DNA from: Candidatus Omnitrophota bacterium
GTDB taxonomy: Bacteria; Omnitrophota; Gorgyraeia; Velamenicoccales; JABMQK01
Length of the DNA: 64,000 bases
Direction: 5' to 3'
NCBI GenBank assembly: GCA_042570265.1
Contig: JBHPGU010000007.1
Location: 4,883 to 68,882 of the forward strand
Notes under the pieces: model-generated
The model's input: only the letters and a program-made list of their open reading frames with translations
Databases searched by the model: none
Told to the model about the DNA's origin: nothing
Program-made: the position numbers and the translations under genes
Shown: piece after piece, positions 18,692-27,990 of the stretch
Position numbering within the stretch: position 1 is the first letter of the stretch
How the letters are laid out: each line of letters begins with the position of its first letter

Positions 18692-19657
18692 TTAGGAACA
18701 GACTACGATATGGTTTTTGTCTCTTCTGACGCGGATCTTCTTGGTCAAATTCACGACAGATCCATTTGGCCTTAAATTTGCCAAATCCTGTATCTCTTCC
18801 CAGTGCTTATGTGTAAAAGTCCTAAGCTCACCAGAGACCCTCTCTAGTGCCACCCTAATCACCATACGCTGCAAAGCGGTATGCAGCTTAGAAAATTTAT
18901 TTATTTCTATTTTGATTGATGCATTATTTGTGGTTTTTATCATATTCTTTGAGATCTGATATAGATAGTCATAATCAATAGCTGCCTGTTGCGCAAAACG
19001 AGCTAAGGTTTCTTTTATATTGGGATTAATTTCTTTAAGATTTTCGATAACTTCGTGCCTTATTCTATTTCTCAAGAATTTCTTGGAAAAATTCGACTTA
19101 TCTATACGAGGTTTAATTCCTATCCTCTTTAAATAAGCCTCTATTTCATTTTTTGCAACTTCGAGCAGAGGTCTAATAATAACAAAAGATTTTATCTTTC
19201 GCCTAGGCATAATAGAAATCAATCCATATAGACCCGTGCCCCTGATCAATCTCATTAGTACTGTCTCGGCCTGATCATCTAGGGTATGAGCCAATGCTAT
19301 TTTATTAATCTTATGTTTTTTGGCGATTTCAAATAAAAAATCATAGCGCAGCTTGCGCATCTTCTCTTCGCTAAGTTGCTTTGGTTTAGATGGTTTGATC
19401 TTTTTGGAGAAGAAATCCAGATAGAGATTCCTAGAGCATTTTTCTACAAATTTCTCGTCACAGTCAGACGACTTACCCCTTATGCCGTGATTTAGGTGGC
19501 CCACGATTATTTTAATCCCCAGCCTTACGCTTAATTCGTTAAGTAGATACAAAAGCGCCAGTGAATCCGGTCCTCCAGATACACCGATCAATACCCTATC
19601 ACCAGCCGAAAGCAGATTAAACTTCCTTATTGTCTTTAGAATTTTATTCTGGACCAT
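18692..19657 (-). CDS. tilS: tRNA(Ile)-lysidine synthase
   Basis: GVSGGPDS PP-loop, HLNHGIR, AHTLDDQAET, IRPLL, RNRIRH. Confidence 0.95.
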   Translation of the reverse strand: MVQNKILKTIRKFNLLSAGDRVLIGVSGGPDSLALLYLLNELSVRLGIKIIVGHLNHGIRGKSSDCDEKFVEKCSRNLYLDFFSKKIKPSKPKQLSEEKMRKLRYDFLFEIAKKHKINKIALAHTLDDQAETVLMRLIRGTGLYGLISIMPRRKIKSFVIIRPLLEVAKNEIEAYLKRIGIKPRIDKSNFSKKFLRNRIRHEVIENLKEINPNIKETLARFAQQAAIDYDYLYQISKNMIKTTNNASIKIEINKFSKLHTALQRMVIRVALERVSGELRTFTHKHWEEIQDLANLRPNGSVVNLTKKIRVRRDKNHIVVCS

Positions 19658-19661
19658 TGAA

Positions 19662-20162
19662 TTAATGAAAGCCTCTACGGCCTCTATTGAATTGTGCTAT
19701 TACTCTGGGGTGAGTAAAAAAATAAGTGATCGAGACAGTAAGTATCAGCACAAATAATATGCCGATAACCAAAGAGGCTACGGGGATTCTCCCTACGTGT
19801 TCTTCTATAATAGAAATGTTAATGAATATATCCACAAGTTTATTTAAAAAGTATATCCCTATGGAAACCAATAATAGCTGCCTGGCCCACTCCTTCAAAA
19901 GCAAGGCTCCTATCCCTGAAACAATCCAACAGAACATAATTATAGAACTTAATACTGTGGAGAGCCAAAAGACTGTAAAATTTATTGTGAAATTGGGAAG
20001 TTGAGAAAATAACGCAGGTGCATCATCCTTAAACTGGAGCTGCAACCTAAGCTGGAAGAATGAAATCATTATAGATAGGAAGCTAATCGTTCCTATGATA
20101 ATGAGTATCGTTGAAAAAACTATGACCCCATTTGATGGCCTTCTTCTGCGCCCTTTAGGCAT
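19662..20162 (-). CDS. Hypothetical 4-TM membrane protein
   Basis: Four hydrophobic segments; GIGALLLKEWAR motif; GGAG RBS. Confidence 0.7.
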   Translation of the reverse strand: MPKGRRRRPSNGVIVFSTILIIIGTISFLSIMISFFQLRLQLQFKDDAPALFSQLPNFTINFTVFWLSTVLSSIIMFCWIVSGIGALLLKEWARQLLLVSIGIYFLNKLVDIFINISIIEEHVGRIPVASLVIGILFVLILTVSITYFFTHPRVIAQFNRGRRGFH

Positions 20163-20194
20163 TTTGCTCCAGGCTTATTGTTTCGTTAGAAGAA

Positions 20195-20271
20195 TGGTGG
20201 CGGCGAGTGGATTTAAACCACTGACCAATCGGGTATGAGCCGAGCGCTCTATCAGGCTGAGCTACGCCGCC
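20195..20271 (-). tRNA. tRNA-Met(CAT), probably elongator
   Basis: GGCGGCGTAGCTCAGCCTGATAGAGCGCTCGGCTCATACCCGATTGGTCAGTGGTTTAAATCCACTCGCCGCCACCA; G1-C72 paired and GGCGG acceptor stem argue against fMet or Ile2. Confidence 0.9.
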
Positions 20272-20277
20272 ATGAAA

Positions 20278-20402
20278 AATTACAAATTACAAATTACAAA
20301 CAATATACAATAGACAATACACAATTACAAACCAAAATATTTGTTTATTGTATATTTGGTATTGTGATTTGTTTGTGATTTGTCTATTGTGTATTGTAAT
20401 TT
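20278..20402. repeat. Inverted cassette of degenerate heptamer repeats (ACAAATT type)
   Basis: Tandem aattaca units...ttgtgtattgtaattt; reverse complement closely matches 3111-3243. Confidence 0.8.
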
Positions 20403-20412
20403 ACCGTTGTTT

Positions 20413-21207
20413 TTATCTTTTTGACTTCCTATATGCTTCCAAATATGCCTTACAATAAATCTGTTTATTTAAAATGAGTTCTGCAGTAATCATTGCATCC
20501 ATTAATTTTTCATCTAGGGGATCCGCAATAGCTGCATCCAGTCCGGCATCTTGAGCCATGACCAAGAAAGTTCTATTGACTATACTTCTATCTTGCATGT
20601 TTTGGGAGATATTGCTTAAGCCTACAACTGTATTGGGAGCTGGATCATTAAGCAATTTAAACTCTCGTATAGCCTCTAAAATCTCTTTCAACTGTGCTTG
20701 AGCGCAATCAACAGGCATGACTACAGGATCCAGGTACAAATCAGTAATAGATAGATCCTTCTCCTGGCAGAAACCGATAATATTTGCCGCCAGCTCTAGC
20801 CTCTGGTCCTTATTTTGAGGTATCCCCTTTTTATCCATAGATAAAGCAATCAATCCAGAGTTATTTTCTTTGGCCAAAGGAACGAGTATTTCTAATTTTT
20901 CCTGATCTGCCGTAGTGGAATTAATTATTACTTTGTTCTTGGCTGTCTTTATTGCATCTGCGATTACTTTAGGCTTACTTGAATCAATGACCAGAGTCTT
21001 ATCGGTTACTTCCTGCACAGTCTCAATAAGCCACTTCATATCTGAAACTTGATCCTTAGATACAGGGCCGCAGTTTAAGTCTAAGGCATCTGCTCCTGCA
21101 TGAGCCTGGGCCTTAGCAAGCTCCTGGATTACAGCCTTGTCTTTTTTAACTAAAGCCTCTCCTACTTTTTTATACATGCCGTTAATAAGCTCGCCAATGA
21201 TAATCAT
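20413..21207 (-). CDS. acsE: Methyltetrahydrofolate:corrinoid Fe-S protein methyltransferase
   Basis: IIIGELING, IDS, IINST, LDPVVMP, GLSNISQ; acs context. Confidence 0.9.
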   Translation of the reverse strand: MIIIGELINGMYKKVGEALVKKDKAVIQELAKAQAHAGADALDLNCGPVSKDQVSDMKWLIETVQEVTDKTLVIDSSKPKVIADAIKTAKNKVIINSTTADQEKLEILVPLAKENNSGLIALSMDKKGIPQNKDQRLELAANIIGFCQEKDLSITDLYLDPVVMPVDCAQAQLKEILEAIREFKLLNDPAPNTVVGLSNISQNMQDRSIVNRTFLVMAQDAGLDAAIADPLDEKLMDAMITAELILNKQIYCKAYLEAYRKSKR

Positions 21208-21208
21208 A

Positions 21209-22174
21209 TTATCGCTCCATTAGTTTATGTATGTTTTCTTTGACTTTCTTGATCGCCTCTGGATGGCGCATCACCAATATATCTGCTCCTGACTGTAGAA
21301 ATGTAGCTGCGGTCAAAGTCTCCCAGACAATACCTCTCTCTAATTCCTTACCCCAATCAGGATGTTCCTGGACGCTGGCTTTAGATTCCTTTGCCCGCCA
21401 GGCCTCTTGACCTACAAAACAAATGAATGGCTGGGCCAACATCTTATCACCGGTCAAGGCAGCTAATCTTGCCCTTTCCATAATCGAATAGGCATACTCT
21501 AAGCCGTAGCCTAAAGCACCGACCGTAGGATTAATCACAATTTTATCCATACCAAATCCCATTTCATGAATGAGAATATTGAGTTGTTTGGCGATATTTA
21601 TATCTATCGGTGATTCGGCTATAATATTATGATCATCCGCTAGACAAGAAGCAACCAAAGTCTTATAATTTTCCTGCGCTGCGTAACCAAATAAACACTT
21701 CTCCCCCTTAGCTGCTTGAGCACAAACTGGAAAAATTAAGTTGTCTTTGGAATCATCACCGCATCCGACCACAATCAAAGGAACGCTAACATTAGATAGA
21801 ATATCCTTAACGACCTTAGCCACGTCTTCAGGTTTACGATCACCCAAATCTGGGTGTGCGCCTTGAAGCCTTAAACAGATTAGATCTACACCCTGTTCAT
21901 CGACCATCTTCTTTGACCAAGCAACAGGATCTGCATACACGCCATTTAAAGAGTTATTCAGTGCAGCTGGCCAATCCGAAGGAGAAATATCCCAGACCTC
22001 AGCAGCGATTACAGGCCCATGAGGAATCTCTCCCTCTTCAAATAGGTAAGGCAGTGTAGCCTGGCCTCCAATTTTTACAACTGACCCTCTACTTCCACCT
22101 TCTTCCTTTGTGGCCCCGATAGTTATGACATTTATATTGCCAGCCCATTTATCTTTAGCTAATTCTTTAAGCAC
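21209..22174 (-). CDS. acsD: Corrinoid iron-sulfur protein small subunit
   Basis: ESPIDINIAKQLN, LGYGLEY, MERARLAAL, GADILVMRHP. Confidence 0.93.
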   Translation of the reverse strand: MLKELAKDKWAGNINVITIGATKEEGGSRGSVVKIGGQATLPYLFEEGEIPHGPVIAAEVWDISPSDWPAALNNSLNGVYADPVAWSKKMVDEQGVDLICLRLQGAHPDLGDRKPEDVAKVVKDILSNVSVPLIVVGCGDDSKDNLIFPVCAQAAKGEKCLFGYAAQENYKTLVASCLADDHNIIAESPIDINIAKQLNILIHEMGFGMDKIVINPTVGALGYGLEYAYSIMERARLAALTGDKMLAQPFICFVGQEAWRAKESKASVQEHPDWGKELERGIVWETLTAATFLQSGADILVMRHPEAIKKVKENIHKLMER

Positions 22175-22920
22175 GTTTGGCTCCTCTCTATAATTATTTT
22201 GAAAATTTCACTTGTCTCTTTTATGATATTTTTATTTTCGTCCAATTTCATGATATTGACCTGAGGAGAATCCGCTATTTGTGAATCTTTGGTCACTGCT
22301 CCGATTATCTCAACGGGAAATTTTATTCCTTCGGTCTCTTTCTTATTATTAATTCGGTTCACGATCATAAAAATGTTCTTGTATTCAATTTTCAATTCCT
22401 CCACCAACCCAAAAATCCTCTCTGCTGCTTTTAAGCCTGCGGACGAATTATCGCTAACAATTATCATAGTATCTAATTTTTTGACGGTCCTGCGAGAAAG
22501 ATGTTCAAATCCCGCTTCATTATCTATGACTATATATTCATAACTGGACATGATCTTGGAAAGCGTATTCCTTAAAACATTATTTACATAGCAGTAACAT
22601 CCAGGACCCTCTGGCCTGCCCATAGTCAATAGATCAAACCCCTCAGTCTCACCCAAGGTGGTCTCTATACGATAAGAGATAAACTCGTCTTTGCTCATAT
22701 TCACCGGGACTAGATTGATATTCTTGGATATATCGTCGATGATCTTACCTATGTCCTGATTAGAATCTAGACCTAAAGATTCGCTTAAATTACTATTCGG
22801 GTCTGCGTCAACAGCTAAAACAGAACCAAGTTTGTTTTTGGCCAGATAGCGGACAAGAAGACTCGATATGGTTGTCTTACCTACTCCGCCCTTACCAGCT
22901 ATAGCTATTATCTTACTCAT
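22159..22920 (-). CDS. cooC: CooC/AcsF nickel-insertion ATPase
   Basis: GKGGVGKTT, DADPNSNL, GPGCYC, DNEAGFEHLSR. Confidence 0.9.
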   Translation of the reverse strand: MSKIIAIAGKGGVGKTTISSLLVRYLAKNKLGSVLAVDADPNSNLSESLGLDSNQDIGKIIDDISKNINLVPVNMSKDEFISYRIETTLGETEGFDLLTMGRPEGPGCYCYVNNVLRNTLSKIMSSYEYIVIDNEAGFEHLSRRTVKKLDTMIIVSDNSSAGLKAAERIFGLVEELKIEYKNIFMIVNRINNKKETEGIKFPVEIIGAVTKDSQIADSPQVNIMKLDENKNIIKETSEIFKIIIERSQTCLKN

Positions 22921-22925
22921 ATTAA

Positions 22926-24827
22926 TTAAGCTTTGACAGTAGGAAACCTATCTACATCAGTATGCGGAAAGAATAAAGCCGCCACATACTCATCCATATA
23001 CTTTGAGTCTACAGAGAGCTCAAAATATGTCATCCTCTTAGCAATATCTTGAACCAGATTAAGGGCATCAGAAGATAATAGTATTTGCCTCGCCCCCACA
23101 ATAGAGCTATTGCCCACAAAGTTGAATTTTCTCCTATCTATGTCGGGCAAGAGTCCAATCATGACAGATTTATCTATATCCAAGTATGTGCCAAATCCTC
23201 CGGCGATAAAAATTGTATCTAGGTCAGAAAAATCCAAATCCATGTGCCTTACCAAAACAGAGGCAGCGGAATATATCGCGGCTTTGGCCCGCTTTAAATT
23301 CTCAATATCTGCTTCGGTAATCACGATATCTAATTTTGAGCTGGTCTCTTTTTTATAGGCCACGACAAACTCTCTGCCCCACTCACTATCACGTATCCTC
23401 TCAATCTTCTTATCGCTGCGCAACTTCCCGCTTTTATCAATAGCGCCTGTTTTGAAGAGCTCTGCCAATAAGTCAATATAGCCAGACCCACAAATACCCG
23501 CAGGCTTTGCCTTTCCTATAGTCTCGTATTTAACCGCATAATCTTTGGGGTTGATACTTACGCGCTGTATTGCACCACTTACGGCTCTCATCCCACAGAC
23601 CACTCCACTACCCTCAAATGCAGGGCCAGCAGAAGCCGCAGCACAAATCAACCAATCCTTATTTCCTAAAACTATTTCGCCGTTTGTTCCGATATCAATT
23701 AACAGAGTTAATTTATCTGTGGTGTCTATTCCGCAAGATAATACGCCGGCAGCGATATCGCCACCAACATAACTAGAAACTCCCGGCACACAAGCCAACA
23801 ATCCTCGGGGATTAATCTTTATGCCACCTTCAACAGCCCTAACTACCGGAACAAAATTTGCCGTAGGCACATAAGGATCGCGCCTTATGAAAGTAGGATC
23901 CACCCGCAGTAGCAGATGTACCATCGTAGTATTACCAGCACATAGACAACAGGTCGCATCATTTAAATTAATACCGTGTTCCTTAATCAGCTCTTTGATG
24001 ATCATATTCATACCATCAATAACAGCGTGATGAAGAACTTCTAGGCCATCCTCTTTTTGTGCGTAGATTATCCTGCTAATTATGTCTGCGCCAAATGTAG
24101 CTTGTCGGTTATAAGTAATCTTCGTACCCAGCGCCTTCTTTGTGTTTAAATCTATGAGCTGACCGGTCAAAGTCGTAGTGCCGATATCAAAAGCAAAACC
24201 ATAATTTTTCGAAGAAGTGTCAAATGGTTCAATTAAAACGATCTCTGTGGTCTCATTTCTGTTACCTAGTGTAACTGTTACCTTCCAGTTGCTCGAACGC
24301 AATAAATCTCCCAGCCTGCGGATATTGGTCAAACCAGTCTGCATAATAGGAAGATCAATGTTTTTTCGAATTTGACGATACAGTCTCTCTAAATCACTAA
24401 TGCGATCAGACTGATTCGGTTCTGGTAGCTCTAAAAATAATTTCGTAGCCAAAGGTGAATACATAAACAGGTCTTCACCAATAACCGATTCGCCCCTCTC
24501 CACCTCTTCTGCCTTGGTATAGACGCTGATCCTATCTACGCCTAATAACGACTCCGGGGGGATCTCTACTTCCAAATCACTCAACACCGTAGACTGACAT
24601 GCTAAGACATATCCCTGTGATTTTTCTTCTTGAGATATTCTTCCTGTCGGCTGTGTCTGAACATAACCTCTCTTCATTACTAACTTGCACCTTCCACAAA
24701 CACCATCTCCACCACAGCTAGAATTAATATAAATCCCAGCAGAAATCGCACAAGACAGCAGAGTGCTACCTTTGTCTGCTTCCACAGTTTTGTTGTCTGG
24801 TAGAAATGTGACCTTAAATTTTTCCAT
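22926..24827 (-). CDS. acsV: Reductive activator of corrinoid protein (RACo/AcsV; 2Fe-2S ferredoxin + ASKHA)
   Basis: CGGDGVCGRC, LACQ, DIGTTT, DIGTNGE, AGPAFEG, GICGSG, AGGFG. Confidence 0.9.
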   Translation of the reverse strand: MEKFKVTFLPDNKTVEADKGSTLLSCAISAGIYINSSCGGDGVCGRCKLVMKRGYVQTQPTGRISQEEKSQGYVLACQSTVLSDLEVEIPPESLLGVDRISVYTKAEEVERGESVIGEDLFMYSPLATKLFLELPEPNQSDRISDLERLYRQIRKNIDLPIMQTGLTNIRRLGDLLRSSNWKVTVTLGNRNETTEIVLIEPFDTSSKNYGFAFDIGTTTLTGQLIDLNTKKALGTKITYNRQATFGADIISRIIYAQKEDGLEVLHHAVIDGMNMIIKELIKEHGINLNDATCCLCAGNTTMVHLLLRVDPTFIRRDPYVPTANFVPVVRAVEGGIKINPRGLLACVPGVSSYVGGDIAAGVLSCGIDTTDKLTLLIDIGTNGEIVLGNKDWLICAAASAGPAFEGSGVVCGMRAVSGAIQRVSINPKDYAVKYETIGKAKPAGICGSGYIDLLAELFKTGAIDKSGKLRSDKKIERIRDSEWGREFVVAYKKETSSKLDIVITEADIENLKRAKAAIYSAASVLVRHMDLDFSDLDTIFIAGGFGTYLDIDKSVMIGLLPDIDRRKFNFVGNSSIVGARQILLSSDALNLVQDIAKRMTYFELSVDSKYMDEYVAALFFPHTDVDRFPTVKA

Positions 24828-24830
24828 AAA

Positions 24831-26159
24831 CTACATCTTTTTTAAGAATGAAGATAGACCTGAGGCCTCCTTTGGACCAACCACAACCTGCCAGCCGCTC
24901 TTCTCTTCTAAATCTCCGCTCATAACTGAGACATAGCCAGGAATTATAAGACGGTTGTGTTTTAATTTTTCTTTAACTCCGCATTTTTCTAATGAATCAG
25001 AGATTTTATCCGGGGTAAACTTTTCGGCTGCCCAAGCAGTCAAAACAGACATACCCTCAGTATCCACGCTCAAGATGTATGAAGGCACCTTGCTGGCTTC
25101 TACTTCTCCCAAAACCGTATAGTAGGTCAGCGAAAAGTTAGTCGTTACCATAATGGGTGACTGTTCCGTAACTTGCCCTATGCTGTATGCCTTTGCTTCA
25201 ACCTGCAACGGCTTCTGTGGATCAGTATAGATATTCTGCCTCAAAGTAAGCAAGGCCAAGGTCTGCCACGACTCCACTGTCTTAATTAAAACAATAGAGG
25301 CGTATTTCGCAATATAAGTTCCGGCTTCTATCGCCTCATGGAACGGATCCTCGTTATCCACAACAACCAATAGCGGATAGCCTAAAGAACGTTTTTTCTT
25401 CTTTAAGGCCAATCTTCTTATGATCGTCAAATCATTGATTTTCTTCGTAATCGACTTGCTACCAGTATCTAGGATAACATCCTCTAAGGCCGCCTGGCTT
25501 GCTTTCTGAGCCAACTCCTCAATTTTTTCTAATTCATTAGCACAAATCGCTAAGGGCACGCTATAAGACTTAGCTAACTCTATAAACTCACTGATGTTCT
25601 TTTCGTCTGCCGCATAAAGTAAAGGCCTGCTTTTAGAACAAAATTCTAAAACTTCTTTTAAAACCTTTACATCACTGCTCATAAGAACCAAGGGGATATT
25701 CGAAGCTTCAGAGATCATTTTTACTTTACTCACAAAGTTTGCAGAATCTCCGGTTTGCTTGACAGCGATAAGATTCACTTTGATCTGCTGGCCTACACGC
25801 TCAAAGTCTAAGCCGCTTATTGTTTTTACCTTCTCTTGTATTTGCGCATCAGCAGTACTGTCATCAATAATGAAACCTATGGCAGTCGGATAGTGAAATT
25901 TTTCTTCGTGGCGAAACATCACCGACTCCTTGCCCACCTCAACCTTATTTTCACCATCGCCAATGGTCACTAGACGTATGGGAGGCAACGAGGCCATCTC
26001 CAAGGCATCCTTTACTTCCGGATTAATAGTTGGGCACTTTTCTAAATCAACTTGCTTTTTGGCCAGGGCCATGGCAAAAGCTAGACAGGTCGAAAAACCG
26101 CATTTACGGCAATTTGTCTTGGGCAGTAATTTATAAATCCCTAATCCTGAAAGTCCCAT
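24831..26159 (-). CDS. acsC: Corrinoid iron-sulfur protein large subunit
   Basis: LPKTNCRKCGFSTCLAFA, FRHEEKF, YTDPQKP, TTNFSLTY, SVLTAWAA. Confidence 0.95.
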   Translation of the reverse strand: MGLSGLGIYKLLPKTNCRKCGFSTCLAFAMALAKKQVDLEKCPTINPEVKDALEMASLPPIRLVTIGDGENKVEVGKESVMFRHEEKFHYPTAIGFIIDDSTADAQIQEKVKTISGLDFERVGQQIKVNLIAVKQTGDSANFVSKVKMISEASNIPLVLMSSDVKVLKEVLEFCSKSRPLLYAADEKNISEFIELAKSYSVPLAICANELEKIEELAQKASQAALEDVILDTGSKSITKKINDLTIIRRLALKKKKRSLGYPLLVVVDNEDPFHEAIEAGTYIAKYASIVLIKTVESWQTLALLTLRQNIYTDPQKPLQVEAKAYSIGQVTEQSPIMVTTNFSLTYYTVLGEVEASKVPSYILSVDTEGMSVLTAWAAEKFTPDKISDSLEKCGVKEKLKHNRLIIPGYVSVMSGDLEEKSGWQVVVGPKEASGLSSFLKKM

Positions 26160-26245
26160 TTTCGTTTCCTCCCACGAATTGTAGAATTAATTTCCAGACG
26201 CTTCCTTGAAGGCAATCTAGTTAAATATAATAACAGATATTGTGA

Positions 26246-26980
26246 CTAAAGTTTTGTTTTTTGACAATGCTGAAATTGAAGCCCGAATTTCTCACTTTTT
26301 TTCAATACCACAGCTCTCAGGACATTTTGTAAATCTTTTGCCTCAACACTGCCAACTCCATATCCTACTTCCTCAACTGAAAAATTATACTCGCTCTTTT
26401 CATCTACTTGCCTACCCAGCGTAGTAACTGTGGCTATCCCTGTAGGGGTAATATTTTCAAATCTATGCTTACTCAAATAGATGTTTTGGTTTTTAAGCAT
26501 CAACGTTGTGGCCGGAGCCACTTTCTCACCAAACGGAATACGAGAATACAGAATATCCTCAACGCCCAGTTTCTCGATTAGAATACAAGCCGAAGCTATA
26601 TCGATAAGAGAATCGACCTCGCCAATCTGCTCAAAATGCACGTGACCTGCTCCATGAACTATACTTTCAGCCTCATGCAAAGTCTCATAGACTCTTACGA
26701 TGTTACTCTTTATGCCTTCGTCTAGATAGGAATTATTTATCTTATTCTTTATGGCATCAAGCTGAAAGACTCTCTTTTCTTCTGTCAAATCCTCAACAAT
26801 AAAGCGGTGCGAGCTGATGTGGCCAGATTGACACTTAGAAAGTTTTAAACTATATTTATCTAAATCTATTCTTTTTAATTCCTTCTTTAAATAATCGAAG
26901 CCTCCTGTAACATCTATCAGGCTAGCCACGATCATGTCGCCGCTAATGCCACCAATTAAATCAAAGTATAATGACTTCAT
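26246..26980 (-). CDS. larC: LarC-family nickel-insertion protein, N-terminal domain only
   Basis: GGISGDM, AESIVHG, VHFEQIG, DSLIDI, APAT, TPTG, GYGVG, NVLR. Confidence 0.75.
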   Translation of the reverse strand: MKSLYFDLIGGISGDMIVASLIDVTGGFDYLKKELKRIDLDKYSLKLSKCQSGHISSHRFIVEDLTEEKRVFQLDAIKNKINNSYLDEGIKSNIVRVYETLHEAESIVHGAGHVHFEQIGEVDSLIDIASACILIEKLGVEDILYSRIPFGEKVAPATTLMLKNQNIYLSKHRFENITPTGIATVTTLGRQVDEKSEYNFSVEEVGYGVGSVEAKDLQNVLRAVVLKKSEKFGLQFQHCQKTKL

Positions 26981-26994
26981 ATATTTTTAAAAAG

Positions 26995-27666
26995 TTATCT
27001 GTTATTTATGAGGCTAGCCAAGTATCCAGCGCCAAATCCATTATCGATATTCACAACGCCTATCCCTGGAGAGCAACTGTTTATCATTGTAAGTAAAGCG
27101 GATAATCCTTTGAAGTTCGCTCCATAACCACAACTTGTGGGCACAGCGACCACGGGGACCTTTACCAGGCCGCTTACTAAACTCGCTAAAGCAGCTTCCA
27201 TTCCCGCCACCACGACTACAACGTTAGCTCTCCTTAAGAATTTTGTCTGGCTGAGTAGGCGATGCGAACCAGCCACACCTACGTCGAACACCCTTTCAAC
27301 ACTGTTACCCATTATCTCTGACGTCAAAGCTGCCTCTTCGGCAACCGGAATATCGATAGTGCCCGCGGACAAAACCAGGATCTTTTTCCTTTTGTTCTTT
27401 ATCCTCTTCTTTGTTAAAAATCCTATCGAAGCTACCTCGCTATATTTAAGTAAAGGAAATTTTGATTTCAAATACTTAAACTTATCCCTATCCAGCCTTG
27501 TGAGGAATAAGACTTTTTGCTTATGCTTGATGAGCTGCGACAATATCTTGGCTATTTGCTGAGCTGACTTATTCTCGCAATATACGGCTTCAGAGAAACC
27601 TCTCCTGGCCTGCCGGTCGATATCAACCTTAGCAAACTTTAAATCCACAAAACCCTTTGTCTTCAT
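26995..27666 (-). CDS. larB: Nickel-pincer cofactor biosynthesis carboxylase/hydrolase LarB
   Basis: DIDRQARRGFSEAV, SAGTIDIPVAEEA, DVGVAG, AGMEAAL, PTSCGYG, VNIDNGFGA. Confidence 0.9.
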   Translation of the reverse strand: MKTKGFVDLKFAKVDIDRQARRGFSEAVYCENKSAQQIAKILSQLIKHKQKVLFLTRLDRDKFKYLKSKFPLLKYSEVASIGFLTKKRIKNKRKKILVLSAGTIDIPVAEEAALTSEIMGNSVERVFDVGVAGSHRLLSQTKFLRRANVVVVVAGMEAALASLVSGLVKVPVVAVPTSCGYGANFKGLSALLTMINSCSPGIGVVNIDNGFGAGYLASLINNR

Positions 27667-27962
27667 ATACTAATAATCTGAAAAATCAGAATGGATATGA
27701 TTAAAAGAGAAAGTATATAGAAATCATTGTAGTAAAAAAAGTCGCTCATCTGATCGCTAAATGTATATTCCATATTATTCTCTTTCTGGGTGGGCTCTAT
27801 CCTATCTTTAATTGCGTCAAGTTGTTCCTTTTTGAATCTTAAGTATACCCCCCCTACTCTATAGGCAGGGATAACGCCCTTATCAGATAGATCGATAATT
27901 TGCTTCTCAGTTATACCCAAATAGTGTGCTGCTTCACGTATTGTAAGCATTTTTTCTCTCAT
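27663..27962 (-). CDS. Excisionase-like (HTH_17/MerR-like) HTH protein with C-terminal membrane anchor
   Basis: MLTIREAAHYLGI...IPAYRVGGVYLRF; C-terminal FYYNDFYILSLLIISILIFQII helix. Confidence 0.8.
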   Translation of the reverse strand: MREKMLTIREAAHYLGITEKQIIDLSDKGVIPAYRVGGVYLRFKKEQLDAIKDRIEPTQKENNMEYTFSDQMSDFFYYNDFYILSLLIISILIFQIISI

Positions 27963-27990
27963 TTTACCCTATTATCTATTGGATTCTCTA

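Noticed and set aside
20195-20271. tRNA-Ile2(CAT) because tilS is nearby
   Set aside because: Acceptor stem GGCGGCG and CTCATACCCG anticodon arm fit elongator Met better; not verified computationally
26160-26300. Programmed frameshift extending larC
   Set aside because: Only 86 nt to acsC and no LarC2-like sequence seen in other frames
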